Notes: a model not told the origin generated them from the letters alone. Positions 45,115-55,738 are shown, counted from the first letter of the stretch. The stretch is 64,000 nucleotides of DNA from an uncultured Gemmatimonadales bacterium (GCA_963695555.1 CAVOGR010000007.1:416001-480000), one strand, 5' to 3'. Numbers and translations are program-made.

Positions 45115-45954
45115 ATGGCGTACCTCCCATTGCGCGACGTGGGGGTCCCCGCGCAGACGGACCGCTTCCTTGAAGCTTGGCTGGAGGACCTGGAGTCCCG
45201 TCTCGCGGACCCGGCGACCGATCGGTACCAGCTCACCCGCGATACACTGTTCCAGTTGTACTATCCGCACCTCGGGGACTACGAAGAACTGGTCCGCGAC
45301 CCCACGCTCCCTGCCCCGAGCCGCGCGAGCCTCCTCGCGCTCGATCCGCACAACATCACGCTCGAGCCCGAGTACTACAACGAGGTCAACGTTGAGAAGT
45401 ACGACCGGGTCAAGCCCTTGCTCTGGCTCTGGCAGTGTTTCGACCGCTCCCCGTTGGGCGGTGGGAACGTGCACTTCGGCGTGCGGCTTCGGCGCCTCTT
45501 GGCGCGACACGTCTTCGCGCGCTGTGGTGACCGGTTCAAGTGCTTCCAGTTCGTCGAGTTCTCATTTGGCTACAACATGGAAGTGGGAGACGACGTCGTG
45601 GTCCATCGCCGTGTGTTACTCGACGATCGTGGCGGCATTCGCCTGGGGAATCGGGTGAGCATCGCGGACCACGCCAGCGTCTTCAGCCACACCCACAGCA
45701 TCGTCGACCAAAGAGAGGTGACCAACCTCAAGACCATCCTCGAGGACGACGTGCGAATCACCTATCACGCCACCGTGCTTGCCGGTGTGCGGGTCCGCGA
45801 GAATGGCATGGTGGGAGCCGCCGCCGTGGCCACCAAGGACGTCCGCCCGTACCACGTGAACGTTGGGGTGCCGGCCAAGTCCGTCGTGGTGAAGCCCAAC
45901 GCCCCGCCCAGCGCGTTCCATACGGAGCTCGTGCCGGGCCACGAAGACTCGTAA
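45115..45954 (+). CDS. Left-handed beta-helix (hexapeptide repeat) acyltransferase
   Basis: Hexapeptide repeats, VFSHTH, VGAAAVATKDV, GVPAK. Confidence 0.85.
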   Translation: MAYLPLRDVGVPAQTDRFLEAWLEDLESRLADPATDRYQLTRDTLFQLYYPHLGDYEELVRDPTLPAPSRASLLALDPHNITLEPEYYNEVNVEKYDRVKPLLWLWQCFDRSPLGGGNVHFGVRLRRLLARHVFARCGDRFKCFQFVEFSFGYNMEVGDDVVVHRRVLLDDRGGIRLGNRVSIADHASVFSHTHSIVDQREVTNLKTILEDDVRITYHATVLAGVRVRENGMVGAAAVATKDVRPYHVNVGVPAKSVVVKPNAPPSAFHTELVPGHEDS

Positions 45955-45980
45955 CGCGCCGGCCGTGTCGAGCGATGCGG

Positions 45981-47474
45981 CTAGAATCCGGCCGCGGCCG
46001 CCGGGAACCACGGTGCGATGTCGACGTCTCCCCTGATCTTGGCCGTGATGGCCTTGGCATCCGACAACGCCCAGTAGTTGCTTCCGGCCGCGAGGCTCGG
46101 AGCGGAGATGAACCAGCCGCGCACCCGCAGGAAGACGTTCCCCGCCACCACGGTTTCCCGTCCCGCGTCATCGACGGTGATGGCATCGCCGACATCATCA
46201 AAGACGTTCCCGCGGACCTTCACTTGGGTGGTCGCTTCGAGCACCAGGGCGCGCTCGAGGTCGGCCAACACGTTATCGTCGATCGTGTAGCCCCGGCTTG
46301 GCTCGTGATCCCGATTGCGGGCAAACAAGCGGATGCCGGTGGCGGATCCCATAATCACGTTGTCGGCAATGGCATTATCGCTCCCATGCTCGATCGCGAT
46401 GCCGGCATTCGCCGAGCCGATCACCGTGTTGCCTCGCACGGTCGTCCGAGTGGAGTACCCGAGCCAGAAGCCATAGGTCGAATTGTCGGCCCGGTTTTCG
46501 AGAAAGGTATTGCCGGCGCTGAACGTAGACTCGAATGCGTTATGGTACGCGAATGACGCATTGTTCCGCGCCACCAAATTACCCGTCGAGGGCTCGACAA
46601 ACGGCCGATGTCCGCTCAGAAAGAAACCGTCGCCGGAGTAGGTGAGATCGTTGTCCGCCACCACATTCGAATCGCTCCGCTCACGCAACAGGATGCCGGC
46701 CGAATCACAGCCCCTGCTGTAGGCTGGAGACTCGCACCGGACGTTGTGATGCGCCTGGTTGCGCACGATCACGTTGTGCGATGAGCGCCACAAGTGAATG
46801 CCCCAGCCGCTGTTGTAGGACGCGTCGTTGTCCGCCAGATACACCCGGCGGGTACCGATCATGCCAATGCCGTTTTGCGCCCGCTGAGCCGTCACCTGGG
46901 TGACCGTCGCGCCGTCAACATCCTCGAGAAGCAGCCCGCCGCCGTACCGCTCGAACGAGTCCGGCCGGAAGATGTCGAGCCAATCCGCCTCATCGAATCG
47001 ATCCTCGGTGGACCGAAGCGCCTGGCTGCGCGACCCCGACAGATCGAGCTCCGTCACGACGTGGCCGCTTCCCCCCTCGAGTCGGATGCCATATCGGTAG
47101 CCGCGGATCGTCCCGCCGAAGATGGTGACTCGGCTCACTCCCCGACTGACCACTCCCGCGCCGATGAACTCGCTGGCAATGGAGTCTCCGCTCTCGAGCG
47201 TGACACCGGTCAGATCGAGCCGCGTTCCCGACGAGGCGACGATGATGACCCCCTGCTCTGTCGGATCCGCCACGCGGTAGCGACCCGGACAGACCTTGAC
47301 TTCACCTTGGACCTGAGTCCCGGGTCGGGTCAGCCGGATACAGGGGGCGGCGCTACCGAGCAGCAGGGGCGCCGTGATGCCCAACACGCCGCACCAGGCC
47401 ACCGCGCTCGGAGCACACAGCCGATGCGACAACTCCCCGAAGAAGGACTGCAACCGACGGCCTTGTCTCTCCAT
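45981..47474 (-). CDS. Secreted right-handed parallel beta-helix (NosD/CASH-like) protein
   Basis: Repeated GI-x-L...N-x-I-x-x-N motifs; ATG 47474 with GGAGGA RBS. Confidence 0.8.
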   Translation of the reverse strand: MERQGRRLQSFFGELSHRLCAPSAVAWCGVLGITAPLLLGSAAPCIRLTRPGTQVQGEVKVCPGRYRVADPTEQGVIIVASSGTRLDLTGVTLESGDSIASEFIGAGVVSRGVSRVTIFGGTIRGYRYGIRLEGGSGHVVTELDLSGSRSQALRSTEDRFDEADWLDIFRPDSFERYGGGLLLEDVDGATVTQVTAQRAQNGIGMIGTRRVYLADNDASYNSGWGIHLWRSSHNVIVRNQAHHNVRCESPAYSRGCDSAGILLRERSDSNVVADNDLTYSGDGFFLSGHRPFVEPSTGNLVARNNASFAYHNAFESTFSAGNTFLENRADNSTYGFWLGYSTRTTVRGNTVIGSANAGIAIEHGSDNAIADNVIMGSATGIRLFARNRDHEPSRGYTIDDNVLADLERALVLEATTQVKVRGNVFDDVGDAITVDDAGRETVVAGNVFLRVRGWFISAPSLAAGSNYWALSDAKAITAKIRGDVDIAPWFPAAAAGF

Positions 47475-47526
47475 TGTTCCTCCAATGCCCCAGGCGTCCA
47501 GATTGCCCTGTGTGCAATCGAGACGC

Positions 47527-47994
47527 CTACCGTACCCGAAGAACATCCTCCACCGGGCCGGCATGACCGGAACCCAGGAGAGCAACAATGTCTTCCAGGG
47601 CGCGCCGCTCCCTCGGCCAGGCAAGTCGCGCTCGGGCCTCAGCCGGCCTCAGCCACTCCGTCGCGTCATGCTCCGGACTCAGGATCGCCTTGGCTTCCGC
47701 GCCGACCCATGCCACAAAGACAGGGATGAGCGCCACTTCATCCGCGGCATGTCGATAGAAGAGGTCCACCCGACTGATGTTGTACCAGCGCTCCGGCACG
47801 AGCCCCGTCTCTTCCGTTACTTCGCGGAGCGCTGCCTCCGATGGTGTTTCCCCCGGATCGATGTGCCCGTGCACCGTCTCCCACGAGCCTGGGCATCGTC
47901 CGTCAGGACCTCGCCGGAGCACCAGGACTTCGAGGTGGTCCCCCCAGCCGCGCAGGACATAAGCGTCCACGTACGAGACGCGCATCGTCGTCAT
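47527..47994 (-). CDS. NUDIX hydrolase (NudB-like)
   Basis: GHIDPGETPSEAALREVTEETGL Nudix box; SPEH..W. Confidence 0.9.
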   Translation of the reverse strand: MTTMRVSYVDAYVLRGWGDHLEVLVLRRGPDGRCPGSWETVHGHIDPGETPSEAALREVTEETGLVPERWYNISRVDLFYRHAADEVALIPVFVAWVGAEAKAILSPEHDATEWLRPAEARARLAWPRERRALEDIVALLGSGHAGPVEDVLRVR

Positions 47995-48091
47995 ATTGAC
48001 CACGCCGCAGGGAAGAAGAGTCGGGATTGGTGGCAGGCGAGCGAGATGACCGTCGTCCGCAGGGACCGGTCAACGGAGGGTCGGCGGTCGG

Positions 48092-50356
48092 TCACACCCG
48101 CCGGCGAGCGACGGCCGCTTCCAGGCGAGCCGAGAGGGCGCGTGCCCGAAACGGCTTGGTTAGAAAATCGTCGGCCCCGAGTTCGAAGACGCGAACCTCG
48201 TTATCCTCATCGCCCTTGGCGGTGAGGACGATGATGGGGACCTCGCGCGTGGCCGGCCGGGAGCGCAGTTGGGACAACACCGAGTATCCATCGAGCGTCG
48301 GGAGGTTCAGGTCGAGCACGATCACGTCGGGGGCGTGGCGATCTGCCTGATCGAGTGCTTCGACGCCATCGGCGGCTTCGGCGATGGTATAGCCCTCACG
48401 CTCCAAGAGGTCCTTCATTACGCGCCGCAATTGGTCCTCGTCATCCACCAGCAGCACGGTGATGCCCTTCGAGCCCGTGCCGTCACCCGCCGCCGCGGTG
48501 TCGACCTCCTCGTCGATCAGCTCGAACGCCTCCGAAACCTCGAAGCCTGACGGGGCGGGAGCAGCAGTGACGAGCGGCGGAGATACGACCTGGGAGGGTG
48601 GTGCCGGCGGAGCTGGAGCAGCCGCGCGAGTGACGCTGGGCTCCGACGCGGAATCCTCCATCGGGGGATCGGTCACGCGGAGCAGCTCTTCGACCGAGGT
48701 CTCGCCGGCCAACACGTGCCGAAGGCCGCTGTCCCACAGGCTCAACATACCGTTCTTCCTGGCGGCCTTTGCAATCACTCCGGCCGGGCTCCCCGCGGCG
48801 ATGAGCCGTTCGATTTCGGGAGTTACCGGTAGGATCTCGCAAATGCAGAACCGCCCTCGGTACCCGGTCATGGCGCAGTCGGGACACCCCACCGCCCGAT
48901 AGAGGGTGCCGACTTCGGGGATGAACTCGACCATCTTGGCATGGATCGGATCGGACTGCAGATCGGTCACCGGTTGCCGGCAGATCTGGCACAGCCGCCG
49001 CATGAGCCGTTGCGCGATGATGCCGCACAGGGCAGAGCCGAGCATGTACGGCTCCATGCCCATGTCGATCAGACGGGTGACCGAGGTTGGGGCGTCGTTG
49101 GTGTGAAGCGTCGAGAGCACCAGGTGGCCGGTCAACGACGCCTGCACCGCGATCTGTGCGGTTTCTTGATCGCGGATCTCGCCCACCAGCACCACGTCGG
49201 GGTCCTGTCGCAGGATGGACCGCAGCGCCGTGGCGAACGTAAGCCCGGCCTTCACGTTGACCTGGACCTGGACGATGTTCTTGCCGAGCCGGTACTCGAC
49301 CGGATCTTCCACCGTCACGATGTTGACGCCCTCGCCCTGAATCACCCGCAACGCCGAGTACAGGGTCGTGGTCTTGCCGGAGCCGGTGGGCCCCGTCACC
49401 AGAATGACCCCTTCCTTGTTTTCGAGGAGACGCTCGACGAGCAGCCGCTCATCGTCGAACATCCCCAGGGAGGGAAGGGTCAGGATGGTTGAGCGGGTGT
49501 CGAGAATCCGGATGACGACCTTCTCACCCAGCGACGCCGGCAGCGTCGAGATTCGAAGATCGATTTTATCGTTGTTGATCGAGACCCGGGCGCGACCGTC
49601 CTGTGGGCGGAGCCGATCGGCAATATCGAGGCCCGACATGATCTTGATGCGCGAGATGAGCGGCAGCCCGGCGGTGCGCGGGATGGTCATGACCTGGCGC
49701 AGCACGCCGTCGATCCGGTACCGGACCACGACACCGCCTTCGGAGGGCTCAACGTGAATATCGCTCGCCCGGCTTGCGATCCCGTCCGCCAACATCATGT
49801 CGACCAGCCGGATGATCGGCCGCTGGCTGGCCTCGTCCAGCGTGGCGCCGAGCTCTTCGTCTTCCTCGGTGATCTGGGTGACTTCGGTGTCGCCGAACCC
49901 GCCGAGCAGCTTGGAGACGACACTCTCTGGCTTGTACAGCTCGTCGAGCTTGTCGCGGATCTTGCTCGGCGACGCAACGAACATCCGGACTTCGCGACCG
50001 GTCGCGAATGCCAACATTTTCTCGGCGTCGATATCGAACGGATTGGTGGTAGCCGCTTCGAGCACCGAATCGGTCAGCCGGAGCGGGATCACCTGATGAC
50101 GGCGGGCCACCTGCTCGGGAACCGCATCGCGCGCCCTGATCTCGAGCGAGTCCAGATCTGCAACCGGGAGCCGGAAGCGGGCGGAGATGGTCTCGAGAAT
50201 CTGATCATCCGTGACCAGTTTCCGGTTGACCATCGCTTCCCAGAGGGAAATGGTCCCCGAGTCGGCCGACTCCGCGATTTCCCGGAGCGCCGCCATGTCC
50301 TCCGAGGAGATCAACGGCTCGACTGTTGGAACCAGCCACTCGTCAGAAAAGGGCAT
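48092..50356 (-). CDS. GspE/PilB family secretion ATPase with C-terminal receiver domain
   Basis: ASDIH, RPQDGR, GPTGSGKTT, TVEDPVE, LRQDPD, TGHLV, CQIC/CPDC; C-terminal VLLVDD..VLDLNLP..LTAK..KPF. Confidence 0.92.
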   Translation of the reverse strand: MPFSDEWLVPTVEPLISSEDMAALREIAESADSGTISLWEAMVNRKLVTDDQILETISARFRLPVADLDSLEIRARDAVPEQVARRHQVIPLRLTDSVLEAATTNPFDIDAEKMLAFATGREVRMFVASPSKIRDKLDELYKPESVVSKLLGGFGDTEVTQITEEDEELGATLDEASQRPIIRLVDMMLADGIASRASDIHVEPSEGGVVVRYRIDGVLRQVMTIPRTAGLPLISRIKIMSGLDIADRLRPQDGRARVSINNDKIDLRISTLPASLGEKVVIRILDTRSTILTLPSLGMFDDERLLVERLLENKEGVILVTGPTGSGKTTTLYSALRVIQGEGVNIVTVEDPVEYRLGKNIVQVQVNVKAGLTFATALRSILRQDPDVVLVGEIRDQETAQIAVQASLTGHLVLSTLHTNDAPTSVTRLIDMGMEPYMLGSALCGIIAQRLMRRLCQICRQPVTDLQSDPIHAKMVEFIPEVGTLYRAVGCPDCAMTGYRGRFCICEILPVTPEIERLIAAGSPAGVIAKAARKNGMLSLWDSGLRHVLAGETSVEELLRVTDPPMEDSASEPSVTRAAAPAPPAPPSQVVSPPLVTAAPAPSGFEVSEAFELIDEEVDTAAAGDGTGSKGITVLLVDDEDQLRRVMKDLLEREGYTIAEAADGVEALDQADRHAPDVIVLDLNLPTLDGYSVLSQLRSRPATREVPIIVLTAKGDEDNEVRVFELGADDFLTKPFRARALSARLEAAVARRRV

Positions 50357-50486
50357 TCGAAAGCTTCGTCAACTCCAATCTGATCGGCGGGATTGTGCCG
50401 GGGAGGTAGACTCGAAAGCTATAGCCACGGAACCTGACCGGGCTAGTGCTCGCCGACGCGCCGGTGAACCGAAAAAGGGCAGGTCG

Positions 50487-52508
50487 CTAGAGGAGAGGCC
50501 ACCAGTCGCGATGGATATCCACCGTGAGGCCGAAGCCCCCATCTCGCAGGCCCACCCCGGCCTCGACCCGGACCATGCGCATAAACCATTCCACCGCTAT
50601 CCCGGCCACGGGCCGTACCCCTTCTGTCGACCCCCACGGGGTTCCGGCCACCGGATCGCCGCTCCAGGCGGCCGCCACAAAAGGGGCTACCACCAGGCGA
50701 TTCCCGGTCGAAGCGAAGGTCCCCAGGCTGACCGCCGGGAAGGGGACTGCAAACCGCCATTCCACGTGGGCCAGTGCCAACCGGCGTCCGCCATAGGCGC
50801 GAAAGGGCTCGCCCACGAGGGTGCCGCGGCCCCCGACCACGAAACTCCGGTATGCGGGCAGGCGATCCGTCCCCACGCCGAGGAAGAGCCGTGACAGGAG
50901 CTCCGTCTGGCCCAGGCCGGCCCGCCACCTGCCCTGAGCGCTCGCCCTGAAATAGCCGCCATCCCCCTCTGCGGCCTCCAGGGCAAGCGAACCACCGAGG
51001 TCCCGGCGGAGCGCAATCCCCCCGGCACTGCGCTCCAGACGCAGGCGCAGCACCCGGTAGGTCGGCGCCCCTAGATCGGGATTGGGGCGATAGGTACCAT
51101 GGGCGGGGCTCGCCTCCACCTCGACGCCCGAAGCGGATTCCACGCCCACGCTGCCTTCCACGAGGAGCCTCGCACTCGGTCGAGAGCGCAGCCCGAATTC
51201 GGCGGACTCCACGAGGACGTAGTCGCCGTAATCGTGGCCCCCTTCCTGCGCGAGCACCGAGTTGAGCACCGGCGCAATGACCGGAAAGTCGGCCAGGTCC
51301 TTGATCTCACGCACGAGGCGCACCCAGGTATGGCGCGTGTCCAGCACCACCCCGCCAGTCACCCGCCCGTCCGAGGTACCGTAGCCCACCGACGGCTTCA
51401 CACTTACTCCGGTGCCAAGCGGCACGGTGCCGGCGATTCCGAATGCGAGGCCCTGCACCCGGTTGACCCGAGCCAAGTCACTCAGCGAACGAGTGCTCAA
51501 ACGGCTCTGCGCAATCGCACGCAGCGCCCGCGCCCCAATCATCTTCTCGACCTCGACACGGATCTCCTCCATGTCCTGGCGATTGATCGGCGCCGCCACC
51601 TCGCGAATGGCGTCCGCGAGGGGTACGCTCCACGCGTGACCGGAATCCTGTGGCGTCGTCAGGCCCGCGATGCTCGGGCCCGCCCATGCATCCGGGGGGA
51701 ATGGCGCGTTGAATTCGTAGGAACCGATCTCCCACCGGCCCCGGATGATTCCCCTCGCGGGAAACTCGAGCCACGTGGTTCGGCGCCGGATTTCGATCTC
51801 CTGGCGGAACGGCAGCCAGTAGCGGCCTTCGAACAGGGCATTTTCGAGGACCACGGTGATGTCTTCGAGTTCGCGCTCGCGATAGGCCGCGCGGGTAAAG
51901 CTGAAGCGAAACCGGACCAGCTCGGCGGTGGCTGCATCGATGTACAGGGTCCCGACCACCAGCGCTCGCTCCGGATCGCGCGGGCGGACGGCGAGTTCGA
52001 ACACCGTCAGGTCGTCGGTGCCCGAGCGGATCCGGATCGAGTCTTGGACCGCATAGTCGTAGAGATCGAGCCCTTCCGGCGACAGCGGATGGATCGCATC
52101 CCGGACTTCGTCGCCCTCGCCGAGTCGGATGAAGCGGCCGAAGTTATTGGTCACGATGCCGAGGTGGTCGCGGTGGTAGTTGATATCCGTCGGCAGGAAG
52201 GAGCCGTCGCGCCATCCGAGAATGACCTGCTTGCTCCGGCCGGGGGCGCGCCAATACACTTCCACGTCGAGCTCATCCGCCTTCACCAGGCGCGGAGGCT
52301 CACGGAAGCCGTCCCCGACTTGGGCGAGGAAGAACACGAAGCCATGCGCCCGGCTCCGGTACCCCTCGAGCCCCGAGTCGGCCTCGGTTGCGAGGCGGCG
52401 CGCAATCGCTCGGTGAACCAAACCGGTGGCGACGGGAGAATTCCAATCCTGCGCGGTGAGCGGCGGCGCCACCAGGGCAACGATGAGCAGTAGGACTACG
52501 AGAGGCAT
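50487..52508 (-). CDS. Hypothetical exported, probably outer-membrane beta-barrel protein
   Basis: Signal peptide MPLVVLLLIVALVAPPLTA-Q; alternating beta-strand patterns in C-terminal half. Confidence 0.7.
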   Translation of the reverse strand: MPLVVLLLIVALVAPPLTAQDWNSPVATGLVHRAIARRLATEADSGLEGYRSRAHGFVFFLAQVGDGFREPPRLVKADELDVEVYWRAPGRSKQVILGWRDGSFLPTDINYHRDHLGIVTNNFGRFIRLGEGDEVRDAIHPLSPEGLDLYDYAVQDSIRIRSGTDDLTVFELAVRPRDPERALVVGTLYIDAATAELVRFRFSFTRAAYRERELEDITVVLENALFEGRYWLPFRQEIEIRRRTTWLEFPARGIIRGRWEIGSYEFNAPFPPDAWAGPSIAGLTTPQDSGHAWSVPLADAIREVAAPINRQDMEEIRVEVEKMIGARALRAIAQSRLSTRSLSDLARVNRVQGLAFGIAGTVPLGTGVSVKPSVGYGTSDGRVTGGVVLDTRHTWVRLVREIKDLADFPVIAPVLNSVLAQEGGHDYGDYVLVESAEFGLRSRPSARLLVEGSVGVESASGVEVEASPAHGTYRPNPDLGAPTYRVLRLRLERSAGGIALRRDLGGSLALEAAEGDGGYFRASAQGRWRAGLGQTELLSRLFLGVGTDRLPAYRSFVVGGRGTLVGEPFRAYGGRRLALAHVEWRFAVPFPAVSLGTFASTGNRLVVAPFVAAAWSGDPVAGTPWGSTEGVRPVAGIAVEWFMRMVRVEAGVGLRDGGFGLTVDIHRDWWPLL

Positions 52509-52511
52509 CGC

Positions 52512-53114
52512 ATGGCAATATCCGGAGGGGTCTGGGGTGGGGCAAGGCGAACGGTGTCCGTTGTCGCGCTGTGCGTGGGATGCAGGAGCCCCGCGCCCAC
52601 CCCGATCATAGCGCCCGCCGCGACGCCTCGGCAGCCGACTCGGGTGCTTCCACGGGACAGCGTGTTCGTGCTGGAGGCCTGGGGAGCATCCCCCAACGAC
52701 ACGGTGGTCACCGTGAGCGCACAGGCCGGCCGAGTCGTGATCCTCCGGCACGGGCCGCCCGACAACACCGTCTTCGCCCAATTGGCCGTGCCACCCGATT
52801 CGAGCGCCGGTGCTCGAGATTCGCTCACCCTCACGATTCGCCCGCGGCCAGGGCTCTATGGCGTCGATCTCGAATCGACTGGCCGGCTCGGCGCGGGCAC
52901 GACACTCACGTTCAAGTATCCGGTTCACTTCTCTCCACCGTTGGCCGCGCGCGATCGCTATTCGAGCCGCGCGGCGTTCGAGCGAGCATTGGGCATCGGC
53001 CGGGTGTCGGGCGACGGCCGCATCGTGCTCTTGCCGTCGACCCAGCCGGCGTCGGATAACCTGGAGGCGGAGATCCCCGGCCCAGGCCGGTATCTCGTCG
53101 CCGCCCCACGGTAG
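52512..53114 (+). CDS. Hypothetical protein, probable lipoprotein; start uncertain
   Basis: Hydrophobic stretch ending CVGC, Pro-rich linker, beta-rich body; upstream of the cyclase. Confidence 0.65.
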   Translation: MAISGGVWGGARRTVSVVALCVGCRSPAPTPIIAPAATPRQPTRVLPRDSVFVLEAWGASPNDTVVTVSAQAGRVVILRHGPPDNTVFAQLAVPPDSSAGARDSLTLTIRPRPGLYGVDLESTGRLGAGTTLTFKYPVHFSPPLAARDRYSSRAAFERALGIGRVSGDGRIVLLPSTQPASDNLEAEIPGPGRYLVAAPR

Positions 53115-53130
53115 CGGATCGACACCCAGT

Positions 53131-54741
53131 ATGCACTCTCCTCGAGCGCTTGCCCTCAACCTCAGCCGGGTGGACGGCACCGAGCGTTTCGATCTGGTCC
53201 CAGGCCGGACGTACGTGGTGGGCCGTGGCGCAACCAGTGACATCGCACTCTACGATCCCACGATTTCGCGCCGGCATGCGGAACTGTCCGTCGGGGACGA
53301 CAGCGTGATGGTGACCGACCTGGACAGCTCCAACGGCACGTTTCTCCGCGGCGAGCGGGTGGACCGGGCCGAACTCAGGCCAGGAGACTCGATCACCTTC
53401 GGTAAGGTGGCGTGCCAACTTCACGGCACGAAGGAATCAGGCGCCTCCCCGCCCGGCGCAGAGAGTGCGGTGCCGGGAGGCACCATCATTCGCCAGATAG
53501 CCGTCCAGGGTGCCGCACCCGGCCTGCCACCCGTGGAGGACCGTGGCGCCGGTCCGGGGCTTCTCCAGGCGGCTGCCGGAACCGACGAGGAACGGCTCGC
53601 GGTGAAGATGGCCATGCTGCTCGATATCTCGCAGAAGCTGGCGAGTGAATTCGAGCCAGCGCACTTGTTGGAGGCCGTGGTCGACATGACCTTCGCGATC
53701 ATGAACGTCGACCGTGTGTCCGTCCTGTTGCGGGACTCAACCACCGGGGCGCTCGTTCCCCGCGTGTCCAAGACCCGGCTCGGCAATGGAAGTGACCGGC
53801 TGGTGCCGCGCTCCATCGCGGACAAGGCGGTCCAGGAGCGCGTTGCCATCATGACGGACAACGCGGCGGCCGACACACGATTCCAAGGCCAGTCGGTGCT
53901 CATGCAAAGCGTGCGCAGCGCGATGTGCACGCCGCTCATGGCGAGCGCCGATGAGGTACTGGGGCTTCTGTATGTGGACAGCCTGACCGCCACGTCGGCC
54001 TTCAGCGATGAAGATCTCCAATTTCTGATCGGTTTCGGCGGCATTGCCGCCGCGACCCTGCACCGGTTGCGTGACGCCGATCGCACACGCCACGAGGCGC
54101 TGGTGCGCTCCAATTTCGAGCGCTATTTCGCCCCCAACGTGGCGGCCGAGATTGCGCGGCAACAAGAAGGGGCGCGGCCTGGTGGCGAGAAGCGCCCAGT
54201 CACGATCCTGTTCAGTGACATCCGCGGCTTCACGACGTTGTCCGAGGGGATGACCCCGGACGCCATCGCCCAGCTCCTCAGTGAGTATTTCACCGAGATG
54301 GTGGAGGTCATTTTCGAGCACGGCGGCACGCTCGACAAGTTCGTGGGGGACGCGATCTTGGCGCTCTGGGGGGCGCCGATTGCGCATCAGCACGACGCAG
54401 ACAGCGCGATGCGCGCCGCCATTGCCATGCAGCAGTCGATCACCGCGCTGAACACCAAGTGGGCCACCGAGGGCCGTCCGGCCATCGGGGTCGGCATCGG
54501 GATCAACTACGGGGAAGTCTTTGCCGGCAACATCGGAAGTCAGCGGCGCCTGGAGTACACCGTCATCGGCGATGCCGTCAATGTGGCGTCACGGCTCTGC
54601 ACCAAGGCGGGCGCCGGCGAGGTGCTTCTGACCGAGCCGTTCTATCAGCAGCTCACCACCGTGCCGACGGTCGAGCGCATCGACGCCATGCCGCTCAGGG
54701 GCCGGGCGCAACCAATCGCCATCTACCGCGTGAAACGATAG
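53131..54741 (+). CDS. FHA-GAF-class III adenylate cyclase
   Basis: FHA (VGR, ISRRHA, DLDSSNGT), GAF (RSAMCTPL, LYVDS, FSDEDL), cyclase (FSDIRGFT, DKFVGDA, YTVIGDAVNVASRL). Confidence 0.92.
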   Translation: MHSPRALALNLSRVDGTERFDLVPGRTYVVGRGATSDIALYDPTISRRHAELSVGDDSVMVTDLDSSNGTFLRGERVDRAELRPGDSITFGKVACQLHGTKESGASPPGAESAVPGGTIIRQIAVQGAAPGLPPVEDRGAGPGLLQAAAGTDEERLAVKMAMLLDISQKLASEFEPAHLLEAVVDMTFAIMNVDRVSVLLRDSTTGALVPRVSKTRLGNGSDRLVPRSIADKAVQERVAIMTDNAAADTRFQGQSVLMQSVRSAMCTPLMASADEVLGLLYVDSLTATSAFSDEDLQFLIGFGGIAAATLHRLRDADRTRHEALVRSNFERYFAPNVAAEIARQQEGARPGGEKRPVTILFSDIRGFTTLSEGMTPDAIAQLLSEYFTEMVEVIFEHGGTLDKFVGDAILALWGAPIAHQHDADSAMRAAIAMQQSITALNTKWATEGRPAIGVGIGINYGEVFAGNIGSQRRLEYTVIGDAVNVASRLCTKAGAGEVLLTEPFYQQLTTVPTVERIDAMPLRGRAQPIAIYRVKR

Positions 54742-55295
54742 GGACGCCCCGCCCGGGCCAGCAGGTCCATCACCAATCGAAGCGGTAGGCCCATCACGCT
54801 GAAGAAGTCTCCCTCCACGCGCTCGACCAAGACCGCGCCATACCCCTGGATGCCGTAGGCCCCCGCCTTGTCCATCGGCTCCCCGGTCTCCACATAGGCC
54901 CGGAGCAGCGCTTCGTCGGCGGCACGAAAGGTCACGGCCGTCCGGTCGCATGCGGAGTACACTGTGCCATCGGCCTTGAGTGCGACCGCGGTCATCACCA
55001 CGTGCGTCTTCCCAGCGAGCTTCATGAGCATCGCCAGCGCCTCCGCCTCATCGCGCGGCTTCTCCAGCACCTCGTCGCCCAGCACCACGATGGTATCAGC
55101 GCCAAGTACGAGCGGTCCCGGCACGCTCGCCGCCTTTTCCTCGGCCAACCGCGTGGCATACTGTTCGGGAAGCTCTTCCGGCCGGCGTGACTCCTCGACC
55201 GGCGACGGCTGGACGCGCACCGGGATGCCCAACATTTCCAACAGCTGCCGGCGGCGCGGCGAGCGGCTGGCCAGCACCAGCTGCTCAGGGGTCAC
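54723..55295 (-). CDS. maf: Maf family nucleotide pyrophosphatase
   Basis: [33 protein letters not shown]. Confidence 0.94.
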   Translation of the reverse strand: MTPEQLVLASRSPRRRQLLEMLGIPVRVQPSPVEESRRPEELPEQYATRLAEEKAASVPGPLVLGADTIVVLGDEVLEKPRDEAEALAMLMKLAGKTHVVMTAVALKADGTVYSACDRTAVTFRAADEALLRAYVETGEPMDKAGAYGIQGYGAVLVERVEGDFFSVMGLPLRLVMDLLARAGRPYRFTR

Positions 55296-55738
55296 GGCGA
55301 GCGCTCGAGCACCAGGGTCACCGGCCCGTCATTGTGGATCTCCACGTCCATCATGGCGCCGAATTCTCCGGTTGCCACGGTGATGCCCCGCGTCCTCAAG
55401 GCCTGAACGAACTGTTCGTAGAGCGGAATGGCAACGTCGGGCCGGGCAGCGCGGATGAAGGACGGCCGTCTCCCCTTTTGCACGTCGCCATAGAGGGTGA
55501 ACTGAGACACCACGAGAATCTCTCCACCGACCTCGTCTAACGCCCGGTTCATCTTCCCCGCTTCATCGGCGAAGAGCCTGAGTCCGGCGACCTTATCGGC
55601 CATCCAGTCGACTTCACGATCGGTGTCGTCGTGCTCGAATCCAACGAGCAGGCAATAGCCCGGACCGACTGCTCCGGTTACGCGCCCGTCGATGGTCACC
55701 GAGGCACTGCGAACCCGCTGAAGGACTACGCGCATCAC
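55292..55738 (-). CDS. dtd: D-aminoacyl-tRNA deacylase
   Basis: VLQRV, SQFTL, GRRPSF, FGAMM, NDGPVT. Confidence 0.96.
   Translation of the reverse strand: MMRVVLQRVRSASVTIDGRVTGAVGPGYCLLVGFEHDDTDREVDWMADKVAGLRLFADEAGKMNRALDEVGGEILVVSQFTLYGDVQKGRRPSFIRAARPDVAIPLYEQFVQALRTRGITVATGEFGAMMDVEIHNDGPVTLVLERSP

Noticed and set aside
52509..53243. N-terminal 245 aa of the 918-aa ORF
   Set aside because: Overlaps plus-strand genes; a proper signal peptide begins at 52508
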